A stretch of 64,000 nt of DNA from an uncultured Candidatus Saccharibacteria bacterium (GTDB taxonomy: Bacteria; Patescibacteriota; Dojkabacteria; J137), in contig OZ246402.1 of assembly GCA_965230975.1 (NCBI GenBank), positions 573,009 through 637,008 on the forward strand, in the 5' to 3' direction. Each line of letters starts with the position of its first letter. Position 1 is the stretch's first letter. Below are positions 18,622-28,007 of the stretch, one piece after another. The notes beneath the pieces are model-generated. The model was not told the DNA's origin. It did not search any database and worked only from the letters and a program-made list of their open reading frames with translations. The position numbers were made by a program, and so were the translations under genes.

Positions 18622-19083
18622 ATGAATATTACTTGCGGGCTATTGATTTATAAAATAATTCCTAAATTACAAGTATTTTTGGTTCACCCTGGTGGCCCGT
18701 TTTGGAGCAAAAAAGATATTGGGGTTTGGAGCATTCCTAAAGGGGTAGCAGAAATTGGTGAATCTTTTGAAAGTGCTGCAATTAGAGAATTTCAAGAAGA
18801 AACAGGTTTTGATTTAGTTGTAGATTTAAAAGATCTATTGCCTTTAGGTGAGCAAAAATTACATGTTAGCAAGCTTATGCATTGCTTTGCTTTAGAAAAA
18901 GATATAGGTAATATAAAAGTTAAAAGTAACTTGTTTGAAATGGAGTGGCCATTTAAAAGTGGTAAATTTGAAAAATTTTCTGAAACAGATAAGGGTGAGT
19001 ATTTTGAGATTGAAGTAGCAAAAGAAAAGTTGAATCCAAAACAAGTAGTATTTTTAGATCGGTTAGAAAAATTATTAAATTAA
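18622..19083 (+). CDS. NUDIX hydrolase
   Basis: NUDIX box GVAEIGESFESAAIREFQEETGF. Confidence 0.8.
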   Translation: MNITCGLLIYKIIPKLQVFLVHPGGPFWSKKDIGVWSIPKGVAEIGESFESAAIREFQEETGFDLVVDLKDLLPLGEQKLHVSKLMHCFALEKDIGNIKVKSNLFEMEWPFKSGKFEKFSETDKGEYFEIEVAKEKLNPKQVVFLDRLEKLLN

Positions 19084-19097
19084 AATATTATAAAAAA

Positions 19098-19124
19098 CCC
19101 CTCAATAAAAAGTTTATTGAGGGG
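19098..19124. terminator. Bidirectional hairpin cccctcaataaa-aag-tttattgagggg between convergent genes
   Basis: 12-bp perfect stem flanked by A-run and T-run tracts. Confidence 0.65.
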
Positions 19125-19144
19125 TTAACTTTTGTTTATAAAAG

Positions 19145-20401
19145 CTATTTTCTAGAATTAGATGAATAAGCTACATAACCTCCAGCTGCAAGTAATATAA
19201 CTAATAAGATTAATAAAATAATCCACCAGTTAATTGCCTGTGCAATGTTGTTATTATAAACCGCAAAGTTTACGCTATCGTTTCCGTTAGAGCTTATTAA
19301 TTCAAATTCAAAAGTATCGTTTCCACCTAGTGTTACATTAGATGATAAGTCACTTTTTTCAATTCTTATAAAATATTTTCCTGGGCATAACTCTGTTTCC
19401 CAGAATCCAATTCTATTAGATTTTACTTTTACAACTTCTACCTCTTTTTCTTCTTGGTCTTTAACAAATATTGTTAAATTAATATCTTGAATTCCCTCTT
19501 CTGCATTCTCTTTTACATTGTTTCTATTTATATCTATAAATACAAAACCTGAAGCCTTTGATCTTTCTAAACAATTAGATGCACTAGTATTTTCTTGTGT
19601 ATCTTGATTAGTATTATTTTCGGTTTGGTTATTTGTATTTTGTGTGTTTGTAGTTTGAGCAGAGTCAATTCTTGGAGCTTGTCCTGAGACAACGATTAAA
19701 ACTGATGCTGTTGCAACATCACCATTTTGGTCAGTAACATTTACTCCGCAAAAGTATTGTCCTGCGGAAAGTGTAATATTATTGCTATTTGCAAGTTCAT
19801 CTGATGTGGTTTGTAAACCGTTGCAAACACCGGTGTATTGATATGTGTAAGGAGTATTACCAGGATTGTTAATATGTGCAAAAACTTTAAATGTTGTATT
19901 TTCGTTTACGTAGATTGTGCCACTGTCGTTAGTTACAGGTGGTACATTACCATATAAAACTACTGTTGGTATAAGGTTGTTTACAACAGGAGGTTCTGGT
20001 TGTGGAGCAGGTGCAGGTTCTATTGTAAAAGTACCATAAGCAAATGCAGATGACTCACTCCAATCCCATACCATTACCATACATTCATGAGTACCAACTT
20101 CTGTTAAAACCAAAGTATCTGTCTCACTAGTTTCTCCGGTTTCGCATAACCAATCGTATGTTAATTCGCCTTCTGGGTATGCATTTTGAACAACCGCAGT
20201 TAATGTGATTGTGCTTGGATAAGTAACAGTTGGTGAAGGAGTAGCAATAATCCCTACACTTAATTCGGGAACTTCCGGTTCGCCTTCGTATTCTTGTGCT
20301 TTAACTACATTTGATTTGAATGTAATTAACAAAGCAAATAGAACCCCAAGGAGTATTGGAAGCTTGAATGCTAGAGCCTTTAAAGAAGACTTACTAAACA
20401 T
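19145..20401 (-). CDS. secreted / cell-surface protein with Ig/PKD-like repeats, a Thr/Asn/Gln-rich low-complexity linker and a C-terminal membrane anchor
   Basis: N-terminal signal-like hydrophobic segment; TNTQNTNNQTENNTNQDTQENT linker; C-terminal WWIILLILLVILLAAGG. Confidence 0.55.
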   Translation of the reverse strand: MFSKSSLKALAFKLPILLGVLFALLITFKSNVVKAQEYEGEPEVPELSVGIIATPSPTVTYPSTITLTAVVQNAYPEGELTYDWLCETGETSETDTLVLTEVGTHECMVMVWDWSESSAFAYGTFTIEPAPAPQPEPPVVNNLIPTVVLYGNVPPVTNDSGTIYVNENTTFKVFAHINNPGNTPYTYQYTGVCNGLQTTSDELANSNNITLSAGQYFCGVNVTDQNGDVATASVLIVVSGQAPRIDSAQTTNTQNTNNQTENNTNQDTQENTSASNCLERSKASGFVFIDINRNNVKENAEEGIQDINLTIFVKDQEEKEVEVVKVKSNRIGFWETELCPGKYFIRIEKSDLSSNVTLGGNDTFEFELISSNGNDSVNFAVYNNNIAQAINWWIILLILLVILLAAGGYVAYSSNSRK

Positions 20402-20507
20402 AGTAGCTTGTATGTAACAAATATAATAAAGCGATTCTACTATGCAAAGTTATTTTTTCGCAATAATCCTATAGCACGGGAATATAATTACCTGTTAAAA
20501 AGCTTTG

Positions 20508-21677
20508 CTAGCTTACATATAGCAATATACTTTTTAAGTAATCTACTTCGTTGTGGTTAATATTTATTGGATGGTCAAAAGCCAATCTTTGTTTATGTAT
20601 TATTTTTATATCTCTTTTTGCGTCTCTAGCTGCTCTTAAAACGATCTCTTCGTGCATTTCGCGGCTTACATGGTAAGAGCAAGAACATGTTAGTAAAAAG
20701 CTTCCTGCTGGCATTTTGCTTAATGCTAATCTGTTAATTTCTCCATAACCTCGTTTTGCACCTTCTATATCTTCTTTCTTTTTTGCAAATGCTGGTGGGT
20801 CTAAGATTATAAATGAATATTGTAGTGGGTCGTTTCGCAAAAATTCAAATACGTCTTGTGCTATAAATTTGTGATTGTTGCCTGTGTAGCCGTTTAATTC
20901 AAAGTTTTTGCTTGCGTAATCTACTGCGTCTGGGTCTATGTCTATAGATGTTGTTGTTTTTGCTCCATTTCTTGCTGCATATAAAGAGAATCCTCCCGTG
21001 TAGCTAAAGCAGTTTAGTAGGTCTTGGCCTTTAGAAAATTCTCCTACTAAGTGTCGCATTTCTCTCATGTCTAAGAATAGTCCGGTTTTTTGTGCTTTTA
21101 AAAAGTCTATTGTAAATTTTATTTTGTTTTCTAAGACTTCTGTGTCGCCGTTTAATTCTCCGTATAGTATGCCTTCAAAGTTTTCTAGTCCGTCTTTTCT
21201 TCTGGCAGACATGTTTGATTTTTCATATATGCATTTTGGGTTGTAGATTGCTTTTAGTTCTTCTACTACAATTGGTTTTAATTGTTCCATTCCAATTGTT
21301 GCTATTTGGATTACTATTACGTCTCCATATTTATCTACTATTAGTCCTGGTATAAAGTCTCCTTCTCCGTTTATTACACGGTATGTGTTTGTTTCTTTTT
21401 CGTTAAAGATTTTTTTTCGCATTTCTGCGGCTTTTCTTATGTTTTGTTTTAGTGATTCTATTGGGTCTTGGGTGCTAAAGTTTAGCATTCTGATTGCGAT
21501 TACAGTGTCGTTGTTGTAGTAGCCGTGTCCGAGTATTTCGTTGTTGCCACTTACGACTTGGACTATTTGTCCGTTTTGAGCGTTGGGTTTTCGGGCAATT
21601 GCTCCGTTAAATATCCAGTGATGCCTGTGTTTTATTGGCATTTCTTTACCTTGTTGCAAAAAGACTTTTTGATACAT
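20508..21677 (-). CDS. rlmI: 23S rRNA (cytosine-C5)-methyltransferase RlmI-like (PUA plus class I SAM methyltransferase)
   Basis: N-terminal HRHHWIFNGAIA (RlmI/YccW start), DPPAFAKKK motif, SAM-binding fold. Confidence 0.7.
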   Translation of the reverse strand: MYQKVFLQQGKEMPIKHRHHWIFNGAIARKPNAQNGQIVQVVSGNNEILGHGYYNNDTVIAIRMLNFSTQDPIESLKQNIRKAAEMRKKIFNEKETNTYRVINGEGDFIPGLIVDKYGDVIVIQIATIGMEQLKPIVVEELKAIYNPKCIYEKSNMSARRKDGLENFEGILYGELNGDTEVLENKIKFTIDFLKAQKTGLFLDMREMRHLVGEFSKGQDLLNCFSYTGGFSLYAARNGAKTTTSIDIDPDAVDYASKNFELNGYTGNNHKFIAQDVFEFLRNDPLQYSFIILDPPAFAKKKEDIEGAKRGYGEINRLALSKMPAGSFLLTCSCSYHVSREMHEEIVLRAARDAKRDIKIIHKQRLAFDHPININHNEVDYLKSILLYVS

Positions 21678-21827
21678 ACAGAAACCTATAAACGATAAAA
21701 TTGTGAGCTTAAAGCCTGGTGTATTTTAAGATAAATAAAGTATAAATGCTATAGACACTGATATGTGGCGACAAACGGCTATCCAAAATGCTATAATGCA
21801 AGCAGTATAAATTAATATAGAATTATT

Positions 21828-23486
21828 ATGCAGGATGACCCTAAAGAAAAAGGAGAAATAAGTATAGAAATGAAAATAGCATATTTCATGTCTATTTATG
21901 GCTATATAAGACAGATGGTAGCAGAAGATAATATAGTAAATGACTTCTCGTTGGATAGTGTAGCTAAAAGAATGAATTTATTGAGTATATTTAACCATTT
22001 GAGAGTGTTTATAACTAAACATAATGAATATGCAAATGAACCTGGTTTAATAGAAAAAAATTTGGAGTCTATAGGTATTACTTATTCGGCAGATAAGTCA
22101 AGGATAGAAACTATAGCTTTCGACAGAAAATCTATGAATCCTCAAGCCAGAGCTTTAATCGAATATTATGATGACAATAGCATTAGCTCAATAAGTCTAG
22201 TGTTTAATAAGGTTCATACTGCAATAGTTACTCCAGTTTATTCAGAAGAAGAGGAAATACAATCTTTTAAAGTAGAAATGTCGACAGACTATGATAGTGC
22301 CATAGGGCCTAGTATATACCCAGAAATTACAATACCGGCAGGCTCACTAGAAGAATTAATATCGTATTTTTTCCCAAGTGATGATAAAGAAGCACGAAAT
22401 TTAAAAATTGAAGAATTAAAGCAGAATAAAGAACTATTTTTAGAATTTAATGTTGATACAATAGAATCTTACAAACGAGGAATTATTTTTAATACATGGG
22501 AGGATTTAAGAGAAGCTCTAATTATTTATGGAGAGGGCAAGTTTGTAAAAAGAGGTGCTAAAAATAAATTGGACTTAGAAAATGAAGCTTTTATTGATGC
22601 CACACCACCTGAATCAGATGTGAGAGAACTAACACAAACATTTTTATCGGCAATAAGGTCTACTTCTACCGACAGCGTAAGTGATTTTGTGGATGCATAT
22701 TTCCCATTTAAAGCGAATTTTCAACCTGGCGAGGTTTATGAGCAATACTTTGATTATGGGGAAATGGGTCTTTGGTCTAACAACTTTTTTAAATCAACTA
22801 TAAAAATTACCAAGACTGAAGATGGCAGATATATTTTAGAGGCTTGGGCTGGCTCTTCTGGGGATTCTTTAGAGAAAAGATTAGCAGAATCTCTTTTGAC
22901 AGAGAGAGTTGCCCTAGATTCTACAGTTAGAGTATATTTTCCTACAATTGATAATTATTTTTGGGTTGGTGGGTTAGATAAAATTCAAACCGAGTTGGCA
23001 AAACATGGTTATGTTACACCATATCAGTTTACACATCTTATTTATACAGAAGGTATTCCTTTGGGTTTGGTTCATTCAAAAGAAAAAAATACACTTGAAT
23101 ATAATTACGTATATGATTCTAATAAAGTAATAATACCTATTGTTCGAGAAGGTCTTCCGTTTAATATAACACTTGAATTAGTTATGCCAAGAGAATGTAG
23201 GGCTGGTTATACTCTAGAACAGTCTGAAGAAGAAGGTGAAAAAAGTTATAAACCCGAGGTATATGATAACTGGACTATATCAACAGATGGAACAGATATA
23301 AATGGGACAATAATTAAATCTGGTAAGGGAGAAGTTCATTTACCGTACATTAAAATTCGAGTCTTCCCAAATATTAGGGATTTTCTTGACCAAGAAGGTG
23401 ACCCCTATTCTCAAGAAGTAGCAAGGGCACAAAGACGTATTGTGAAAGAGGTCGCTACAATAATTGCAGGAGTCAAACTTAATTAA
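21828..23486 (+). CDS. hypothetical protein
   Basis: 552-aa ORF; no motif recognised. Confidence 0.5.
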   Translation: MQDDPKEKGEISIEMKIAYFMSIYGYIRQMVAEDNIVNDFSLDSVAKRMNLLSIFNHLRVFITKHNEYANEPGLIEKNLESIGITYSADKSRIETIAFDRKSMNPQARALIEYYDDNSISSISLVFNKVHTAIVTPVYSEEEEIQSFKVEMSTDYDSAIGPSIYPEITIPAGSLEELISYFFPSDDKEARNLKIEELKQNKELFLEFNVDTIESYKRGIIFNTWEDLREALIIYGEGKFVKRGAKNKLDLENEAFIDATPPESDVRELTQTFLSAIRSTSTDSVSDFVDAYFPFKANFQPGEVYEQYFDYGEMGLWSNNFFKSTIKITKTEDGRYILEAWAGSSGDSLEKRLAESLLTERVALDSTVRVYFPTIDNYFWVGGLDKIQTELAKHGYVTPYQFTHLIYTEGIPLGLVHSKEKNTLEYNYVYDSNKVIIPIVREGLPFNITLELVMPRECRAGYTLEQSEEEGEKSYKPEVYDNWTISTDGTDINGTIIKSGKGEVHLPYIKIRVFPNIRDFLDQEGDPYSQEVARAQRRIVKEVATIIAGVKLN

Positions 23487-23573
23487 ATTCCTTTTTGATT
23501 TTAATAGATTAACTGATTTTTATCTATCCTTAATTCTTGTTTCTTAGTAAAATCCTTTGGTTTACCAAAGTTT

Positions 23574-24371
23574 ATGTCAAGAAATCTTCGCTTTGGTGAT
23601 GGGTTTGTTATTTCTCATGTTAGCCCTGAATACAGGGCAGATATTTTTCACTCTTTAAATTCCGGTTTTATTAATAAAGATTCTTTGTTAGAGCTTCAAT
23701 CTAAGGGTCTTACCCGAATGCTTTTGACTTTGCTTGTTGTTATGGTTTTTGTTCTTTCAAGATCCGATGTTTTGGCAAGGTTTGGTGGAGATGTTCATTT
23801 GGCTGTTCAAAGTATTTTAAGTATTCAACCTTTAACTTACAGGAATCATGTTACTAATATTAGGTCTGTTTTGGGTGTTGGTTCTACTTTTGCTTTGTTT
23901 GTTTATTCTTTTTTTAGGTTGGTTAATGTTAAAGAGGGTGGTTTTCAAGATATTGATTTTGCTACATTTCAGGCTAGTCGTATTAAGATTTTGTTTGATG
24001 ATTTTAATGTTTCAGATTCTTTGGTTAGAAGTTACCTTTTGTTGGCTTTGCGTTTTGAGTGGGTTAATTGGGATAGGTATTCGGCTTTGGTAGAAGAGTT
24101 GGAGTTGGATTTTTTTGAGGAGGTTTTGTTGTGGGTTGTGCTTATTTTGCCTAATGATGAGGAGTATTGTAATTACAGGTTTATTGCTGGTGTTTTGAAT
24201 AAGTCTGAATGGTTTGTTAGTAAAAGGGTAGATGAGTTTTATAAGAAGATGAATAGGCTGGTACCGGGTAAAACCCCAGAAACAAGATCCAGCCCACTAA
24301 TGCTATTTACGGCACTACTACATTATGGAGTGTATACAGGGAATTACTTGAAGGGGGTAGGAGAAGGGTGA
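23574..24371 (+). CDS. hypothetical protein encoded in a compositionally aberrant GT-rich, A/C-poor segment (F/L/V/R/S-rich protein; codons end in T or G)
   Basis: 265-codon open frame in sequence with T much greater than A; a chance ORF of this length is very unlikely in this composition. A second + frame is also open (23848-24093) because of A depletion. Confidence 0.45.
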   Translation: MSRNLRFGDGFVISHVSPEYRADIFHSLNSGFINKDSLLELQSKGLTRMLLTLLVVMVFVLSRSDVLARFGGDVHLAVQSILSIQPLTYRNHVTNIRSVLGVGSTFALFVYSFFRLVNVKEGGFQDIDFATFQASRIKILFDDFNVSDSLVRSYLLLALRFEWVNWDRYSALVEELELDFFEEVLLWVVLILPNDEEYCNYRFIAGVLNKSEWFVSKRVDEFYKKMNRLVPGKTPETRSSPLMLFTALLHYGVYTGNYLKGVGEG

Positions 24372-24450
24372 TTTTTATTTCCTCTAAAGTGTCTGGAAAA
24401 ATCTTTCAAATCAATTTTATTAAATATGCAGACGGTGTCTGCAGAATTAG

Positions 24451-24524
24451 AAAATTTCAAACTGTGGGATAATTTCAAAATTCTTCAGTACAAATTTCGA
24501 AATTGTAAGGTTTTTGTAAGATTT
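24451..24524 (+). repeat. About 74-nt conserved intergenic element, copy B (aatttcaaaatt / aatttcgaaatt dyad); ends about 20 nt before the YhcG-like gene ATG
   Basis: About 85% identical to 7261-7334. Confidence 0.7.
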
Positions 24525-24526
24525 GA

Positions 24527-25573
24527 TTGGTAATATTAAGGTATATGAATACTGTGAATAATTATAACCTTGTTCTGAAAAGTATTAAGGAAAAAATAAT
24601 TGAATCCCAAAGTCGTGCTCTTAGTTCTGTTAATCGTATATTAATAGATCTATACTGGTATATAGGCAAGCTAATCGTCGAAAAACAAAGTAAAGAAGTG
24701 TGGGGTAAGTCCATTGTAGAGCAGTTATCAAAAGACTTGCAATCTGAATTCCCAGGAATAAAAGGGTTCTCGGTTAGAAATCTTTGGAATATGAGAAATT
24801 ATTATTTAAGATATAAAGATAATACAATTCTGCAGACACTGTCTGCAGAAATTTCATGGAGTAGTAATATACTGCTATTGAATAAATGTAGTAACGATAA
24901 GGAGTTGGAATTTTATTTGCAAATGACAAGATCGAATTCTTGGTCTGTAAGGGATTTGGAGTATAGACTTAGGAGTAATGAGTTTGATAATTTTATTCAG
25001 CATCAGAGCAACTTTTCTAGTACGCTTAACTTTAAAGCAAGTAGTTCGATCAAACTTAAGGACGAATATAATTTAGACTTCTTAGGTATAAGGGAAGACT
25101 TTGCAGAAAGAGATTTGGAAAGTCTTATTGTTAAGAAAATTGACGCTTTTATAAAAGAATTTGATTGCAATTTAATGTTTTCTGGTAGGCAAGTCAAACT
25201 AGAGTTTGATGAAGAAGAATTCTTTATAGATCTTCTTTTTTACCATAAACTTTTAAGGTCATATATCGTTATAGAGCTTAAAACAACTCGATTTAAACCT
25301 GAATTTGCCGGAAAGATGTCCTTCTATCTCTCGGCAGTCGAATCAAAATTGAATCAATCCGGTTACGATAACCCTGCAATCGGAATAATTTTATGCAAAG
25401 AAAAGAATAGGAATGTAGTTGATACCACTCTTAAATTTATTACTAGACCTATTGGCGTCGCAACTTTCTCTGTTTATGAAAGAAATACTCCTCTACCATC
25501 AGATATTTCAAAGTATCTACCATTAACCGAAGAGGTAGAAAATAAGCTACTTAAATTGGCAGATATTTATTAA
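24527..25573 (+). CDS. YhcG-like PDDEXK nuclease (DUF1016 family); likely start ATG 24545
   Basis: N-terminal LIDLYWYIGKLIVEKQ...GFSVRNLWNMRNYYLRY and C-terminal DLLFYHKLLRSYIVIELKTTRFKPEFAGKMSFYLSA match YhcG/DUF1016. The track start at 24527 is TTG. Confidence 0.7.
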   Translation: MVILRYMNTVNNYNLVLKSIKEKIIESQSRALSSVNRILIDLYWYIGKLIVEKQSKEVWGKSIVEQLSKDLQSEFPGIKGFSVRNLWNMRNYYLRYKDNTILQTLSAEISWSSNILLLNKCSNDKELEFYLQMTRSNSWSVRDLEYRLRSNEFDNFIQHQSNFSSTLNFKASSSIKLKDEYNLDFLGIREDFAERDLESLIVKKIDAFIKEFDCNLMFSGRQVKLEFDEEEFFIDLLFYHKLLRSYIVIELKTTRFKPEFAGKMSFYLSAVESKLNQSGYDNPAIGIILCKEKNRNVVDTTLKFITRPIGVATFSVYERNTPLPSDISKYLPLTEEVENKLLKLADIY

Positions 25574-26829
25574 TTCACCCTCAACAAGTGTTCCCAGTTA
25601 GTTGTATATTGAGGGCTGCACATCTCTTTTTTATTCCTCCACGGCTGCTTAAGCCCACTAGACGCATACTTAACAACCTCTCTACCATAAGTCGCATTCA
25701 AGTTATCAAACTGCTTCATCAAACTCATCTTCTTATTATAAGTATCATCACTCTCAAACAAATCTAGCGGAGCCTGAGAATCCGGAACCAAACCAAGCAA
25801 CATAATCGTAGCCTTCTTATACCTAAACCCAGGCTTAAAAATAGAATGCAAAGCAGCAAAACCCGTCTTAATCAAATCCGGATTATAAGCAGTAGGGCAC
25901 TTGGTAGCCACAATCGCATAGTTAAAATACTGAGGCAAATCTTTACGGTGCATATTAGTCTTAATAGACACATACACAAAACTAGCCAAAGAACCTTGCT
26001 CGCGTAATTTTTCTGACCCACGAGTAATATAACTAGAAACCGCCTCTTCTAACCCTTCTATAGTATAAACAGGTTTACCAAACGTACGGGAACTTAAAAT
26101 ATTCTTTCTAGGCGCTTTGGTTTCTAGGTTCAAACAAGGAATCTCTTTTAACTCTGTAGCGATACGTAATTCGGTAACACTAAAGTTCTTTCTAAGCCAC
26201 ATTTCGTTACAATTTTTAAACTGCAAAGCGTTGTAAATACCCAATTCGTTTAGCTTATAGCTTGTCTTTCTACCTACACCCCAAATCTCTTGTACGGGAA
26301 GATCTTTAAGAAATGCGTCCTTATCTTGGACTGAATCCCAGTAAAACACACCACTCTTTGTTTTCTTTTTTGCTACATGATTACAGATTTTTGCTAAAAC
26401 TTTTGTTGGTGCAATACCAACACTGACTGGGATTCCGGTGGATTTTAGAATATCTGTTCTCATTTTGATACCAAAATCAATATAGTCTTTTTTTATATCC
26501 AAACTATCCATTGATAAAAAACTTTCATCAATAGAGTATATTTCCATTTGTGGTACATACGAATTTAGTATACGCATAACTCTATGGGACATATCTCCAT
26601 ACAATTGAAAGTTGGCAGAGAACACCTGAACATTATGAAGTTCTACCATGTTACGTAATTCATGTATTGGAGCACCCATTGGGAGCCCAATATCTTTTGC
26701 TTCTTGAGAACGGGCAATAATGCAACCATCATTATTAGACAAAACAACAATAGGTTTGCCTATTAATTTAGGATTAAAAACTCTTTCACAAGATGCATAA
26801 AAGTTGTTACAGTCTACTAAAGCGTACAT
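25570..26829 (-). CDS. umuC: Y-family translesion DNA polymerase, UmuC-like
   Basis: N-terminus MYALVDCNNFYASCERVFNPKLIGKPIVVLSNNDGCIIARSQEAK closely matches the UmuC N-terminus (not the DinB type). Confidence 0.85.
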   Translation of the reverse strand: MYALVDCNNFYASCERVFNPKLIGKPIVVLSNNDGCIIARSQEAKDIGLPMGAPIHELRNMVELHNVQVFSANFQLYGDMSHRVMRILNSYVPQMEIYSIDESFLSMDSLDIKKDYIDFGIKMRTDILKSTGIPVSVGIAPTKVLAKICNHVAKKKTKSGVFYWDSVQDKDAFLKDLPVQEIWGVGRKTSYKLNELGIYNALQFKNCNEMWLRKNFSVTELRIATELKEIPCLNLETKAPRKNILSSRTFGKPVYTIEGLEEAVSSYITRGSEKLREQGSLASFVYVSIKTNMHRKDLPQYFNYAIVATKCPTAYNPDLIKTGFAALHSIFKPGFRYKKATIMLLGLVPDSQAPLDLFESDDTYNKKMSLMKQFDNLNATYGREVVKYASSGLKQPWRNKKEMCSPQYTTNWEHLLRVN

Positions 26830-27142
26830 GTTTTTTAAGTGCTATAATCCCTATTGTACAAAGTGTATACCAATAAATTTAATAAGTATTTGCATGAGTT
26901 TTTTACTTGGGATAGATCCAACAAAGTTTAGGAATAGATTAAATACAGAAAAATCATTACCAGAAAGTTTTAACTTTGATGGTTTAGAAAATAGAGCATA
27001 TAAAGCATTGTTTGTATTGGTTGATAAACTTAAAACCTTCAAATAAGATTTACCTTTAGAAGAGCGAAGTGATGGATTAAGGCTTAATGGTAAATTTGCC
27101 AACTATAGAGCTATTCATTTCTTAATTCAACAATATTTACAG

Positions 27143-27439
27143 TTGTATATGTATGTTACTCAATTTCAAGAAAAAACCCAGGCTATATTAATTACCTCCT
27201 TTGAACCAGATTATATAGATATAAGAAATGCAATTAGCTTTATTGACTACACTCATATACCAACTAAAAGTAGAGATTCAGAATTTTATAATCACACAGT
27301 TTCTATTCAATATTTAATATTCTTAGCAGTAATGCTTTCTATGGGAGTAGATCTAAATGCTTTAAGAGAGAATCTTGTAAGCGTTATAGAAATTTTAGAG
27401 AACCCTGAAAAAAGTCCTAATATCATAGAAGAACCCTAG
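27143..27439 (+). CDS. hypothetical protein
   Basis: 98-aa ORF. Confidence 0.35.
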   Translation: MYMYVTQFQEKTQAILITSFEPDYIDIRNAISFIDYTHIPTKSRDSEFYNHTVSIQYLIFLAVMLSMGVDLNALRENLVSVIEILENPEKSPNIIEEP

Positions 27440-27446
27440 TTTCTAA

Positions 27447-27911
27447 TCAAGCCTCTTCTGTACTAATTATAGGCATCAATTGCAGTTGATTATTTTCTAA
27501 TCTAATATCTCCAGAAAAGTATAATTCCCCACTTGGCGATATTATGCCGATGTAGTGAGGTGCACAGCGAATCCCAGAATATCCACCATCAACATAAAAT
27601 ACTACAAATAAATTATTACTTTTAGTTTTGGCATAATTTTGCAGAAGTTTAGTAGCCATGTTAATCGTTACTCCTTGAGGTAAATCAATAATCTTTAAGG
27701 GGTTATCGAATGTCCCATCTCCTCTTACCGTAATATTAAAGCCACCATCTCTATCGTATAAAGAATATACTTCTTTATGTGCATACATTTCGTTTGCTAG
27801 TTTAATTGTTTCTATTGGGTCTATTTCAACTAATGGTGTATCTAATTCAACGAGTGTTCTTCGTAGGTATTCTTCTTCATATATAGTCATACCTGGAATG
27901 GAATTTGACAT
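27447..27911 (-). CDS. hypothetical protein
   Basis: 154-aa ORF. Confidence 0.45.
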   Translation of the reverse strand: MSNSIPGMTIYEEEYLRRTLVELDTPLVEIDPIETIKLANEMYAHKEVYSLYDRDGGFNITVRGDGTFDNPLKIIDLPQGVTINMATKLLQNYAKTKSNNLFVVFYVDGGYSGIRCAPHYIGIISPSGELYFSGDIRLENNQLQLMPIISTEEA

Positions 27912-27965
27912 AAACTAAATTTAAAAAATAATGTGGTGATTATAGTTAAGGTTTGAGAAATTGTT

Positions 27966-27983
27966 AGTGAAGTTGACTTCACT
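27966..27983 (+). promoter_or_regulatory. Perfect 7-bp inverted repeat AGTGAAG-ttga-CTTCACT overlapping a TTGACT -35-like hexamer, in the divergent promoter region upstream of the wHTH regulator gene
   Basis: Read directly; TTGACT - 17 nt - TAGACT promoter-like spacing. Confidence 0.35.
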
Positions 27984-28007
27984 TCATCTATTCGCTAGAC
28001 TTTTGAT

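Noticed and set aside
23848-24093. 81-aa ORF in a second + frame overlapping the GT-rich ORF
   Set aside because: A depletion in this segment suppresses stop codons in all + frames. The hydrophobic L/F/W-rich product is what an out-of-frame read of T/G-rich DNA produces.
26804-27102. Two overlapping opposite-strand small ORFs (26804-27046 and 26851-27102) in the umuC upstream region
   Set aside because: They mutually overlap in the 300-bp promoter region of umuC and have no motifs, so they are more likely non-coding regulatory DNA. I also looked for a canonical LexA / Cheo box here and found none (only TGTACA / GTATAC hexamers).
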